From the NCBI GenBank assembly GCA_023245355.1, contig JAHFKN010000006.1, positions 454-64,453 on the forward strand: a DNA stretch of 64,000 nucleotides. Reading direction: 5' to 3'. The DNA is from Candidatus Gottesmanbacteria bacterium. GTDB taxonomy: Bacteria; Patescibacteriota; Microgenomatia; UBA10105; UBA927. Position numbers and translations under genes: made by a program. Positions 9,213 to 19,537 of the stretch are shown here, one piece after another; within the stretch, counting starts at the first letter, position 1; each line of letters opens with the position of its first letter. Below the pieces are notes generated by a model. That model saw nothing but the letters and a program-made list of their open reading frames with translations. It was not told where the DNA came from and ran no database searches.

Positions 9213-10247
9213 ATGAAACAACCAAAGGCCGCAGAAAACATACTGGAAACAAAAGTCACTCCTGAAGAACAATCCCTGTTCGTTTCGCTGCGGGCGTCCA
9301 CCTGGCCGGAATTTGCCGGGCAGGAAAACGTCAAACGAGCACTCCATATCGCGATTGCCGCAGCCAAAAAACGGAAAGAGGCACTCGGGCACATTCTCCT
9401 CTACGGTCCTCCCGGACTCGGGAAAACCACGCTTGCCCATCTTATCGGCAAAGAGCTGGACGTACATGTACGGGTAACCAGCGGACCAGCCATCGAACGG
9501 GCAGGAGATTTGGCCGCAATTCTGACCAACCTAGAACCCAATGACATTCTCTTTATCGATGAAATCCATAGACTCAACAAAGTCGTGGAAGAAACGCTCT
9601 ATCCGGCAATGGAAGATTACGCCCTCGATATCGTACTCGGTAAAGGTCCGGCAGCCAGAACCCTCCGGCTGGACTTACCGCAATTTACCATTATAGGAGC
9701 TACGACAAGAGTCGGGCTGCTTTCTTCCCCTATGCGGGACCGTTTCGGCCTCATCACCAGGCTTTCGTTTTACGAGCCGGAACAGATAGAGGAAATTCTG
9801 GATAGAGCCGCCAAAAAACTCAGCGTGGAGTTGGATGCGAAGGCCCGGCATGAACTTGCCAAACGGAGTCGGGGCACGCCGAGGATCGCACTCCGGCTGC
9901 TCAAACGCGTACGTGATGTGGCACAAATCGAGGGCAACGGCGTGATCGATGAACCGATCCTGCACCACTCGCTCGCATTGTTTGAAGTAGACAGCATGGG
10001 GCTGGATAATTCCGACCGCCGACTACTGACACTTTTAATCGACAAATATGCCGGAGGCCCCGTAGGAATAGAAACAATGGCCGCCGCACTGTCAGAAGAC
10101 ATCGGTACCGTCGAGGAAGTGCTGGAGCCGTACCTTATGCAGATAGGATTTCTCAAACGGACACCGCGGGGAAGATCAGCGACCGCCGCCGCATTCTCCC
10201 ACCTGGGGAAAACTCCTACGAAAAAACAACAGGAAGAGTTGTTTTAG
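9213..10247 (+). CDS. ruvB: Holliday junction DNA helicase RuvB
   Basis: AAA+ Walker A motif [14 protein letters not shown] and a RuvB-type C-terminus. The start is the internal ATG just after the ruvA stop. Confidence 0.9.
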   Translation: MKQPKAAENILETKVTPEEQSLFVSLRASTWPEFAGQENVKRALHIAIAAAKKRKEALGHILLYGPPGLGKTTLAHLIGKELDVHVRVTSGPAIERAGDLAAILTNLEPNDILFIDEIHRLNKVVEETLYPAMEDYALDIVLGKGPAARTLRLDLPQFTIIGATTRVGLLSSPMRDRFGLITRLSFYEPEQIEEILDRAAKKLSVELDAKARHELAKRSRGTPRIALRLLKRVRDVAQIEGNGVIDEPILHHSLALFEVDSMGLDNSDRRLLTLLIDKYAGGPVGIETMAAALSEDIGTVEEVLEPYLMQIGFLKRTPRGRSATAAAFSHLGKTPTKKQQEELF

Positions 10248-10250
10248 AGA

Positions 10251-11021
10251 TCAAAGATTTGCCCAGTCGCTCTGCTGATCAAATAACTGATCGTGGAACT
10301 CCCAGAATTTCCCCTGATCTTTCGCACACTCTGCTGCCTCTGCGCTGATGTGTGCACGCGGATGGATGCTAACCAACGGGAAATGTTTGTACACCAAAAG
10401 GACTTTGTCTCCGTAGTCGCTTAACACCTTTTTGATGGTCGGGTGTACGCGGCTGCAGAACGGACACTGGAAATCGGAATACTCGATGATCTTTATCGGA
10501 GCATCGGCTTTCCCCCGCATACTCGCATTCCCTATGGTAATCGTACGCGGCTTCGGGTCAAATGCGCCGCCTTTTCCTGCGTCCTGCAGGGTTTGGGAAT
10601 AATCCGTCAGCTTTTCCGAGCCGGTTCCGGCCAGTTCTTTATCGATAACTTCCTTAAAACTTTCGTACGGAAACGCGCCGCCCAATAATTTGCCGTTTAT
10701 GAAAAATGCCGGCGTACCCGTAACCCCCAATCCGTTTCCTTCTGCAGTATCTGCATCAACCGCTGCTTTTTTCTCACCGCCGTTCATACAGGCAAGCAAC
10801 TTCTTGGTATCGAGTTTTGCGGCTTTCCCCAGAGCCGTCATCGCGTCGTCAAACGTTTTGTATTTTGATTTCACCTGGCCGCCTGCTGCAGTGGGCGCTC
10901 CTCCTGCTTCAAGGTATTTTACCTTTGTATAGAGCGACCCTACCATAAAGGAGGCAATCATAAGAAGAACTACCAAAACAACTTGTGTCCAAGCGGGACG
11001 TGTTTGCGTTTCATTTTTCAT
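10251..11021 (-). CDS. DsbA-like thiol:disulfide oxidoreductase (membrane-anchored)
   Basis: N-terminal TM helix and a thioredoxin fold with the CPFC active site (FQCPFCSRVHP). Confidence 0.75.
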   Translation of the reverse strand: MKNETQTRPAWTQVVLVVLLMIASFMVGSLYTKVKYLEAGGAPTAAGGQVKSKYKTFDDAMTALGKAAKLDTKKLLACMNGGEKKAAVDADTAEGNGLGVTGTPAFFINGKLLGGAFPYESFKEVIDKELAGTGSEKLTDYSQTLQDAGKGGAFDPKPRTITIGNASMRGKADAPIKIIEYSDFQCPFCSRVHPTIKKVLSDYGDKVLLVYKHFPLVSIHPRAHISAEAAECAKDQGKFWEFHDQLFDQQSDWANL

Positions 11022-11126
11022 ATACAAGCCATTGTAAGGAAAGAAAATATGTAATGCAATATACAAACGCGGAATTTAGTGCGGTGCCCGGTAGCATTAG
11101 GCTCCGTATCTTGCTATAATTTATGC

Positions 11127-12173
11127 ATGAAAGGCCTGCTTTTACGGTATTGGAAATTAATCGGCATTGTCCTTATCCTGATCGCGGGAGGCATATTCCT
11201 CGCCAACCGTGCGGCCACCCAAAAAACCGCCGCATCCATAACCACGGAAGTTGTTAAGAAACAGAACTTCACCAAAACACTCTCATCTTCGGGGAAAACA
11301 AAAGCAGAAAAATCCGTTGAACTCAAATTCCAGGCATCAGGCAAACTCGCATGGGTCGGCGTGAAAGAAGGAGACGCCGTGAATGCGTATCAGGCGATTG
11401 CCGGACTCGACAGCCGGGAAGTACAGAAGAATCTGGAAAAAGCACTGCGTGATTACAGCAATGAACGCAACGATTTTGAGCAGACCTGGCGGGTAACCTA
11501 TGACGGCAAGAAACCCAACGATGCATTTAACGATACGGTCAAGCGCATTCTCGAAAAAAACCAATGGGATCTGGAGAAAGCCGTCCTTGATGTGGAACTC
11601 AAACACTTGGCGCTTGAGTTCTCGACACTGGTGACCCCCATATCCGGTATTATTACGCATATCGATACCCCGGTAGCCGGCGTAAACATAACCCCTGCGA
11701 CCGCAGTATTTGCAGTAGCCGACCCTGCCAGCTTGGTATTTGAAGCAAACGTCGATGAAACGGATGTAGGTGCAATCACCGCGGGCCAGCAGGCCACGAT
11801 TGTTCTCGATGCGTTTCCCGAAGCGACGTATTCCGGCACGATTACGTATATTTCCTATATTTCGCAGCAATCCAGCGGAGGGGCCACCGTGTTCCCTGTC
11901 AAAATACGGTTTGACCGACCGGAAAACCTGCGGATCGGATTAAACGGCGATATCACCATTGTCACGGACCGGAAAGACGATGTCATAACCGTACCCACCG
12001 GAGCCATACGGGAGGAAAAGGGAGAAACGTACGTATACAAAAAAGTCAAAGGCTCCTATGAAAAAACCAAGGTTACGACAGGAACCAAAAACGAAGACGA
12101 TATCATCATCACCGAAGGACTCACCGAGGGTGATACCGTGGTAACCAAAGGTTTTACCAACATCCCAAAATGA
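11127..12173 (+). CDS. Efflux transporter periplasmic adaptor subunit (HlyD/MacA family)
   Basis: N-terminal TM helix, coiled-coil region and beta-barrel domains. It sits upstream of an ABC ATPase and permease. The extended -10 element TGcTATAAT at 11112-11120 abuts the ATG. Confidence 0.8.
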   Translation: MKGLLLRYWKLIGIVLILIAGGIFLANRAATQKTAASITTEVVKKQNFTKTLSSSGKTKAEKSVELKFQASGKLAWVGVKEGDAVNAYQAIAGLDSREVQKNLEKALRDYSNERNDFEQTWRVTYDGKKPNDAFNDTVKRILEKNQWDLEKAVLDVELKHLALEFSTLVTPISGIITHIDTPVAGVNITPATAVFAVADPASLVFEANVDETDVGAITAGQQATIVLDAFPEATYSGTITYISYISQQSSGGATVFPVKIRFDRPENLRIGLNGDITIVTDRKDDVITVPTGAIREEKGETYVYKKVKGSYEKTKVTTGTKNEDDIIITEGLTEGDTVVTKGFTNIPK

Positions 12174-12865
12174 CCGATCTGTTAAAGATAACGCACATCT
12201 CCAAACAGTATGTTATGGACGGAGTCATCTTCCAGGCGCTCGATGACGTTTCCCTCACGATAAAAAAAGGCGAATTTGTCGCCATCATGGGCCCTTCCGG
12301 ATCGGGCAAATCCACGCTCATGCACATTATCGGCTGCCTGGACAGACCAACAAGCGGCAAAGTATATATAGAAGAACACGATATATTTACGGCCAATGAC
12401 AACGAGCTTGCCGAAATCCGGAACACGCACATAGGATTTGTATTTCAGCAATTTAATCTCCTGAGAAGAACCAGTTCGCTTGCAAATGTCGAGCTTCCCC
12501 TTATCTATGCGAGAATTTCGCCTCGGGAACGCAAATCCCGTGCAGTAGCAATGCTGCACGAAGTCGGATTATCGGAAAAAATGGCCAACTTCCCTTCCCA
12601 GCTTTCTGGAGGACAGCAGCAGCGTGTCGCAATTGCCCGCGCACTTGTTTCCAATCCGAGCATCATTCTCGCGGACGAACCCACGGGAAACCTGGACAGT
12701 AAATCCGGCCGGGATATTATGGATATATTTGAAAACCTGTACAAAAAAGGCAGCACCATCGTATTGGTTACTCATGATGAGGATGTCGCGCATCATGCCA
12801 AACGCGTCATCCGCATTGCAGACGGGAAAATAGTCTCTGACGGAAAGAGTCCTAGACGCACATGA
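12170..12865 (+). CDS. ABC transporter ATP-binding protein (MacB/LolD-like)
   Basis: Walker [10 protein letters not shown], signature LSGGQQQRV, Walker [12 protein letters not shown]. Confidence 0.9.
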   Translation: MTDLLKITHISKQYVMDGVIFQALDDVSLTIKKGEFVAIMGPSGSGKSTLMHIIGCLDRPTSGKVYIEEHDIFTANDNELAEIRNTHIGFVFQQFNLLRRTSSLANVELPLIYARISPRERKSRAVAMLHEVGLSEKMANFPSQLSGGQQQRVAIARALVSNPSIILADEPTGNLDSKSGRDIMDIFENLYKKGSTIVLVTHDEDVAHHAKRVIRIADGKIVSDGKSPRRT

Positions 12866-14061
12866 ATTTTGCCGAATATATCAAACTTGCATTCAACGCA
12901 CTCCGGACAAACAAAGTACGGTCGCTTCTGACTATGCTTGGCATCATCATAGGAGTATCCTCCGTCATCCTGCTGGTTTCGATAGGCACCGGACTTCAAA
13001 ACTATGTCACGGAGCAATTCGCCAGCTTAGGATCCAATACCATCATGGTCATGGCCGGCAAAGTGGACATGAGTCAGGGACCCCGGGGTGCCATGATGTC
13101 CGCAAGTAAATTCGAACTTTCCGATGTCGCCGATCTCGAACGCGGGTCGGAAGCGATCAAACGGGTATCTCCCATGGTTCAGGGATACGGTTCATTTTCT
13201 TACGGAGGAAATACGGTATCGACGGAAGTATGGGGACTCTGGGAAAACTACTTTGACCTTGCCAAATACGAACCGGAATACGGGCGCATCATCACGCAAA
13301 ACGACGTCGAACGGTCACGCCGGGTTATCGTGCTGGGCAATAAACCCGCCAAAGATCTCTTCGGCGAAGGAGCAAATCCGGTCGGCAAAATGCTCACACT
13401 CAATGATATCCAATTCGAAATCGTCGGCGTTATCAAATCCAAAGGCGGAGGCGGCGCCATGGGAAGTGCGGATGATTTCACCGCCATTCCGCTGACCACT
13501 GCCATGCGCGTATTCGACCGGGACAGACCGTTTATGATGTTCGTGGAATCCATAGACAGCGATCACGTGACACAGGCCAAAAACGACGCGGACCGCATTC
13601 TTCTGCGTCGTCTCAAGAAAGACGAATTTACGGTGCTGGAATCCACGCAGTTATTGGAGACTATCACGCAGTTTCTCAACGTCATCACCGCGGCCTTAGG
13701 AGGAATTGCCGGCATATCGCTACTGGTCGGAGGCATCGGAATCATGAACATTATGCTGGTGTCTGTCACGGAACGGACGCGCGAAATCGGACTCAGGAAA
13801 GCAGTGGGAGCGACCCCCAAAGACATCATGATGCAGTTTTTGATCGAATCGGTTATCCTGTCTCTTTTCGGCGGAGCGATCGGAATCGGACTCGGGTCAC
13901 TCGGGGCATTGGGCATCAGCCAGTTTATCTCGACATCCGTGACCGCCTGGTCGGTCATGCTTTCATTCGGGTTTTCAGCCGCTATCGGCATCATCTTCGG
14001 CGTGGCACCGGCTATCCGCGCAGCCCGGCTCGATCCCATCGAAGCACTTCGGTACGAATAA
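12862..14061 (+). CDS. ABC transporter permease (MacB/FtsX-like)
   Basis: MacB-type periplasmic domain followed by an FtsX-like 4-TM C-terminus. Translationally coupled to the ATPase. Confidence 0.85.
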   Translation: MNFAEYIKLAFNALRTNKVRSLLTMLGIIIGVSSVILLVSIGTGLQNYVTEQFASLGSNTIMVMAGKVDMSQGPRGAMMSASKFELSDVADLERGSEAIKRVSPMVQGYGSFSYGGNTVSTEVWGLWENYFDLAKYEPEYGRIITQNDVERSRRVIVLGNKPAKDLFGEGANPVGKMLTLNDIQFEIVGVIKSKGGGGAMGSADDFTAIPLTTAMRVFDRDRPFMMFVESIDSDHVTQAKNDADRILLRRLKKDEFTVLESTQLLETITQFLNVITAALGGIAGISLLVGGIGIMNIMLVSVTERTREIGLRKAVGATPKDIMMQFLIESVILSLFGGAIGIGLGSLGALGISQFISTSVTAWSVMLSFGFSAAIGIIFGVAPAIRAARLDPIEALRYE

Positions 14062-14072
14062 TACCAGGGCAT

Positions 14073-16610
14073 TTATTCGATACGGAACAATTTTATCCCC
14101 TCAAACCACAGTAAACTTACTACCCCTACCGCAAGTGCCCATGCATAATCGTCAGGATGCAAGATACCGAAATGAAACAGGTCCCGCAGGAACGGGACGG
14201 AAAACACGCCGACGACAGCAGCGACTGCTCCCCCGCTTACCCACCACAGTGCAGGATTCGGCCGGCGGATGATATCGATTGCCATGCGTTTCCAGGACAG
14301 ATTCGTAAGTATCAAAAATAAATTCGCAAACACCAACGCGGCAAACGCCATCGAACGGGCCTCCGTTTCCCCTCTTCCGCCGTTTAACATGACGATATAC
14401 ATGACCAACACCACGATCAATATACTCACCCCCTGAAACGCGCTGATAAGCATCATCCGGGTATCAAATAACCGCTGCGACAGCGGCCTCGGGGGGCGCT
14501 TCATAATATCTTTATCTTCGGGCTCGGATTCGAACACGGTTGAACATGCAGGATCGATAATGAGCTCCAGAAACGCTATGTGAGCCGGCAACAACACGAC
14601 CGGCAGATGAAACACCGGCAAGATAAGAGACAGTCCCGCAATCGGCATATGAACCGCGATCACGTATCCCATTGCGCGTTTGAGGTTTTCATAGATGCGC
14701 CGGCCGAGTCTCACGGCTGCGACAATGGAAGAAAAATCATCATCCAGCAGTACCAGTGCGGATGCTTCCCGCGCTACATCCGTACCGCGCTGCCCCATGG
14801 CTATCCCTATATGCGCGGCCTTAAGCGCCGGTGCGTCGTTCACACCGTCACCCGTCATGGCGACGATCTCTCCGTTTTTTTTGAGCGCTTCAACGATAAG
14901 AAGCTTTTGCTCCGGCATGATACGCGCAAACACATTTGTTTTTTTCATGCACTCCCGGAGTTCACGTTCCGACATCCGCGACAAGTCGCTGCCGGACACG
15001 ACAATATGCGGATCCGAAATCCCCGCCTCCCGCGCAATCCAGGATGCGGTACCGGGATAGTCACCGGTCATCATCATTACGCGTAATCCCGCGCCATATG
15101 CTTCTTTGATCGCCGCCGGGACTCCTGAACGCACCGGATCCAGAAACCCGAGCAGTCCGACAAATTCAAAACGGAAATCATGCTGCGAATCAGGAAGCTT
15201 TTTTTTCGTAAATTCCGCTTTTGCCACCCCGATGAGCCGCAATCCCCGTTTGGACATTTCATCGATATGCAAATTCAGCTCTTTCCGCTGTTTGGCTGAA
15301 AGATGGCACAGCTCCGCTATCGCTTCCGGCGCTCCTTTGGCAGCGATTACATAGGAAGGAGAATGTTCGGATTTCCATACATGGGAAAGCGCTAACAGTT
15401 TTTTTGACAACGGATACTCGCGCACGATATTCCATCCTTCATGGATATGTTCCGTGCCCGAAAGATACTCTGCTCCGATTTTATGGATTTCTTTTTCAAT
15501 CGGATCATACGGATCCCGCTGACTCGCCAGCATGGCATATTCCAGCAAACGGTGGTACGGCTCCGACAACGGAGCCTGTGTCGGGCCGCCTACTTCATGA
15601 TAGCTTTTGCCCGCCTGCAGCATCATAAGCGTCATATTGTTTACCGTGAGCGTTCCTGTTTTATCGACACACAGTACGGTAGCAGCACCGAGCGTTTCTA
15701 TGGCAGACGCCTCTCTTGTCAGTACATTCCTTTTGGAAATCCTCCAGGCGCCCAGGGTCAGAAACACCAGCAACACCACGGGGAATTCCTCGGGCAGCAA
15801 TGCCATGCTGAGTGTGAGTCCTGCCAGCAATCCCTGAAGCAAGTTTCCCTGTGTTACGGTATACACTGCGGCTACGATGACACACAGCACGATACCGGCG
15901 ACAGTCGCGATACGCACAATCCTTCCGGTTTCCCGATGAAGCAGGGTATCTTCTTTTGTGACCGACTGGATCGCCTTACCGATTTTTCCCATTTCCGTTG
16001 CCGTACCCGTGTGAATAACTTTTGCGAACCCGCGGCCGGAAACTACCAATGTCCCGGAATATACAAACGGGATATCATCGCCGCCCGGGCGGACGTCTTT
16101 GGCGTTCCCGCTTTCATTTGCAGCTTTCCGTACCGGCACGGACTCGCCGGTTAACAGCGACTCATCAACCGACATATTTTCCTGCATGAGCACCATGGCA
16201 TCGGCAGGAACTCTGTCTCCTTCACGTAATACGATGGTATCGTCAGGAACGACCTCCCGCCCCGGAATACGCACCTGGACGCCATTCCGGATAACCAGCG
16301 CACGGGGACTCGACAGATCGCGAAGGGCTTCCAGCGTCCGTTCCGTTTTCTGTTCCTGATAGAACGTAATGCCGATAACGACAAACACGAATGACAGCAG
16401 CATGAGCGCGTCACGCGGCTCGCCCAATGCAAGATACAGCCCGCCCGTGCCCAAAAGCAAAAGCAGCATGGGTTCTGAAAGTATCCGGATAAGGACACTT
16501 AACAAACTCCGCTTTTTCTGTGACGGCAGTTCGTTGTAGCCCACACGGAGTATCCGTTCACGGACTTCTTTATCCGTCAGGGAATGGGACGCAAATTTGG
16601 ATAGGGGCAT
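14073..16610 (-). CDS. Cation-transporting P-type ATPase (type II, Ca2+/Mg2+-like)
   Basis: Phosphorylation motif CVDKTGTLT, the TGES motif, the hinge MTGDGVNDAPALK, and 10 TM helices. Confidence 0.9.
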   Translation of the reverse strand: MPLSKFASHSLTDKEVRERILRVGYNELPSQKKRSLLSVLIRILSEPMLLLLLGTGGLYLALGEPRDALMLLSFVFVVIGITFYQEQKTERTLEALRDLSSPRALVIRNGVQVRIPGREVVPDDTIVLREGDRVPADAMVLMQENMSVDESLLTGESVPVRKAANESGNAKDVRPGGDDIPFVYSGTLVVSGRGFAKVIHTGTATEMGKIGKAIQSVTKEDTLLHRETGRIVRIATVAGIVLCVIVAAVYTVTQGNLLQGLLAGLTLSMALLPEEFPVVLLVFLTLGAWRISKRNVLTREASAIETLGAATVLCVDKTGTLTVNNMTLMMLQAGKSYHEVGGPTQAPLSEPYHRLLEYAMLASQRDPYDPIEKEIHKIGAEYLSGTEHIHEGWNIVREYPLSKKLLALSHVWKSEHSPSYVIAAKGAPEAIAELCHLSAKQRKELNLHIDEMSKRGLRLIGVAKAEFTKKKLPDSQHDFRFEFVGLLGFLDPVRSGVPAAIKEAYGAGLRVMMMTGDYPGTASWIAREAGISDPHIVVSGSDLSRMSERELRECMKKTNVFARIMPEQKLLIVEALKKNGEIVAMTGDGVNDAPALKAAHIGIAMGQRGTDVAREASALVLLDDDFSSIVAAVRLGRRIYENLKRAMGYVIAVHMPIAGLSLILPVFHLPVVLLPAHIAFLELIIDPACSTVFESEPEDKDIMKRPPRPLSQRLFDTRMMLISAFQGVSILIVVLVMYIVMLNGGRGETEARSMAFAALVFANLFLILTNLSWKRMAIDIIRRPNPALWWVSGGAVAAVVGVFSVPFLRDLFHFGILHPDDYAWALAVGVVSLLWFEGIKLFRIE

Positions 16611-16665
16611 GATATGAGTATACCTGAGGGCAACGATTGGGTGCAGTAATATGCCTTACGGAGGA

Positions 16666-17820
16666 TTATTTCTGTTCGCAACCGCTCCCTAAGCCCCCGA
16701 CGCATTCTTCTGTCGGCGGTTTGCCCCGCTCCGGACATTTCTCGGAATAGATGCAGGCATCATCAGCTACACTTTGGAGTTGTGACACGAACGCCTGATC
16801 CGTTTCGGTTCCGTAGCTTATGAGTATGCGGTCCAAATCCTGGGGCTCATATGCTTCATTCAGCATAGTTACTTTATTGTTTACGTATACTTTCAGTTTC
16901 TTCTCTCCCTGCGTACAAAAAGATTGTTTCGTATCCGTCACGAGACAATCCTTGGTAAGCGTCATACCCAAAGACGTAAATAAATCCCCAAGTAACATTC
17001 CTTTTTTGTGTACGTGGAACATATCCCCTTTGCCGTCATGAAAATGGATAAAATCATTGAGTTCCTTGCCTTCCTTGGACTGGTATTTCGGAAGACTGAA
17101 GTCAATGGCCGTGCCGTCAAGAATCACGCTCATGTTGGCATGAATATGATATTTTTCCTCTGCCGATATACTCGGCTTCGGAGCTTTCAGGATAGCTGCC
17201 TTGATAAGCGTCTCGAAATCCTCAAGACTTGCGGGATTCTGGATCCTCTCGCCGTTTAAGAAAAAGCTCGGCGTAGAATTAATTCCAAGGGCCGTCGCGT
17301 CTGCCACGTCGCGGTCTATCTTTTTTTTGAGTGCGGGGTCCTTAAGATCGTTTCTGAACTGCTCGACGTTTAATTTGAGGGCCAGCGCATATTCCGCAAA
17401 GATATTTCCGGTGTCTTTCTCGGCGGACCATTCTTTCTGACTCTCATACACCTTGTTATACATTTCCCAGAATTTCCCCTGTTTCCCGGCGGCCTCAACT
17501 GCGATCGAAGCCGGCACGGCGTTGGGGTGCATTGGGAGCGGAAAATGCCGGAATACTAAAGAAACGGAATCCTTGTATTTTTCCAGCAGCTGTTTAACGA
17601 CCAGATGATACGCTCCGCAGGCCGGACACTGGAAATCCCCGAATTCTACCAGTGTCACCGTCGCGGACGGCGATCCTGTTTTATAACTATCTGGCGGCAT
17701 TAACAATTTGGAATCAACCAGCGGTGCTTTGGTCGGCCTGCTGAATGCAAATATCGCTCCTCCGATAATGGCGACCGTTGCAAGAAGAATTCCGAGGAAA
17801 AGTTTTGTTTCGCTGTTCAT
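16666..17820 (-). CDS. DsbA-like thioredoxin-domain protein fused to an uncharacterised His/Cys-rich C-terminal domain
   Basis: N-terminal TM helix and a CPAC active site (FQCPACGAYH). The C-terminal domain of about 170 aa has H-x-H motifs (HIHAN, FIHFHDG, FHVHKKG) and 7 cysteines. Confidence 0.6.
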   Translation of the reverse strand: MNSETKLFLGILLATVAIIGGAIFAFSRPTKAPLVDSKLLMPPDSYKTGSPSATVTLVEFGDFQCPACGAYHLVVKQLLEKYKDSVSLVFRHFPLPMHPNAVPASIAVEAAGKQGKFWEMYNKVYESQKEWSAEKDTGNIFAEYALALKLNVEQFRNDLKDPALKKKIDRDVADATALGINSTPSFFLNGERIQNPASLEDFETLIKAAILKAPKPSISAEEKYHIHANMSVILDGTAIDFSLPKYQSKEGKELNDFIHFHDGKGDMFHVHKKGMLLGDLFTSLGMTLTKDCLVTDTKQSFCTQGEKKLKVYVNNKVTMLNEAYEPQDLDRILISYGTETDQAFVSQLQSVADDACIYSEKCPERGKPPTEECVGGLGSGCEQK

Positions 17821-17855
17821 ATATCCAAAAGAGTATACTATATCTTATCTATTTT

Positions 17856-19514
17856 ATGAAACCGAAAATAGTCCTTCTCCTGATTATCATCCTCGCTGCA
17901 GTACTTCGTTTTCTTTACCTGGGTGCGATTCCTGTCGGAATCACCCACGATGAAATGGGATACATCTATAATGCGTATTCCATCGCAAAAACAGGAAGAA
18001 ACGTATTCGGAGAACTGCTCCCGGTTTTTACCTGGATGACCCGCGGCGGCTTCCCGTTCATGCCGGTGCCTATATATTCTCTGGTGCCCCTGTTTTGGAT
18101 TCTCCCTCTTTCTCCTGCCGTAGCCAGATTCCTGCCGGCACTGTTAGGAGTACTCGACGTGCTACTTTTATATTTCATCGTGCTCCGGATGTTTAAACAC
18201 ACGCCTCTTGCCCTGCTGTCGGCATTGTTCCTTGCCATTTCACCGTGGCACCTGCATTTTTCCCGATCGGCCTATGATGCCAATTACGCGTTATTTTATT
18301 TCCTCCTTTCTATTGCTGCATTTTTGTACGAACTGCAAAAGAAAAAACTTCCGTGGATATCCGCAGTATCGATGGCACTTGCGATGTTCAGTTACCGCGG
18401 CATGAGCATATTGTTCCTGCCTATCGGAGCTCTCCTGTACTGGTTTGCGGCCACTCTCCGGCCGGCAATATCATCCAGACAGCGCATGGGATTTGTTGCC
18501 GGAATGATACTGTGCACACTGCTTCTCGGCGCAGCAGTGATTCTTAACGGAAACGGATATACCAAAGAGGGCATGCAGGTTTTTTCAAATCCGAAAATGC
18601 AGGAAGAACTGGATACGAAAATCCGGGAGGCAACAGGGCCGCTTTCCGTGCGCCGGTTATTTACGAACAAGCCCGTGTATATACTGGATCACCTCCGGGA
18701 AAATTACCTCAAATCCTACTCACCGGAATTTCTGTTCCTGTACACCGAGCCAAGTGCGATCTATTCCATCTGGTCGCGCGGCAGACTGTATTTTATCGAT
18801 TTGGTATTCGTTATTCTCGGATTCAGCTTTCTTTTCCGCCTGAGCAAACCCGCGGCCCTTGTCTGGACGGGAATGCTTTTGGCCGGCGGGCTGCCGGGCG
18901 GCATCGGCGGACTCCCGTATTCGTCCAGAAATTTCTTTTTGTCAGCCATATTCCCCGTACTGTCGGCTGCAGGTGTTATGCACGTTGTCAGCCTGACGAA
19001 AGGCAAACTGCTGCGCACATCGGCTATCATATGCGTCACGGTTCTGTACACCTACGCACTGGGAAGCTACCTGTATGACTATTACGGACGCTATATTCCT
19101 CAGCAGGCGGAAGCATGGGCAAAAAGCATAAAAGAAATCAGCTTCTTAAGCGCACAAAAGCAAAAATATCACGACATGGTATTTTTGGGAAAAACATCGT
19201 TCGGGGATACCGTTGAATATGCGTTCTGGAACCGCATCGATCCGCGTGTCGTCCAGGGCACCTGGAAAAACCGGCAGGAAAAACCGTTCGTATACTTTCC
19301 GCTCGACAATGCAGTATTCAGTGAAAAATGTCTGGACTCTGCCGATCTTCTCAAACCGATGTTTGAAAAAACTGCCACTATCTATTACATCACCACGCAT
19401 ACCTGTAACAACGAGGCGACGCCGAGCGGAAAAATAGAGGATTATTTCGGAAACCCCATCTGGAAGTTATTTGAACTCGACCGGAAAAAGCCGGCGACAA
19501 TGATGAATCTCTGA
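17856..19514 (+). CDS. GT-C family glycosyltransferase (GT39/PMT_2, ArnT-like)
   Basis: Multi-TM N-terminal half with HDE(M)GY near the first loop, typical of dolichyl-phosphate-mannose/ArnT-like transferases. It also has a large C-terminal soluble domain. Confidence 0.7.
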   Translation: MKPKIVLLLIIILAAVLRFLYLGAIPVGITHDEMGYIYNAYSIAKTGRNVFGELLPVFTWMTRGGFPFMPVPIYSLVPLFWILPLSPAVARFLPALLGVLDVLLLYFIVLRMFKHTPLALLSALFLAISPWHLHFSRSAYDANYALFYFLLSIAAFLYELQKKKLPWISAVSMALAMFSYRGMSILFLPIGALLYWFAATLRPAISSRQRMGFVAGMILCTLLLGAAVILNGNGYTKEGMQVFSNPKMQEELDTKIREATGPLSVRRLFTNKPVYILDHLRENYLKSYSPEFLFLYTEPSAIYSIWSRGRLYFIDLVFVILGFSFLFRLSKPAALVWTGMLLAGGLPGGIGGLPYSSRNFFLSAIFPVLSAAGVMHVVSLTKGKLLRTSAIICVTVLYTYALGSYLYDYYGRYIPQQAEAWAKSIKEISFLSAQKQKYHDMVFLGKTSFGDTVEYAFWNRIDPRVVQGTWKNRQEKPFVYFPLDNAVFSEKCLDSADLLKPMFEKTATIYYITTHTCNNEATPSGKIEDYFGNPIWKLFELDRKKPATMMNL

Positions 19515-19537
19515 AACACTCCGGGGTAGGTTGTTCC

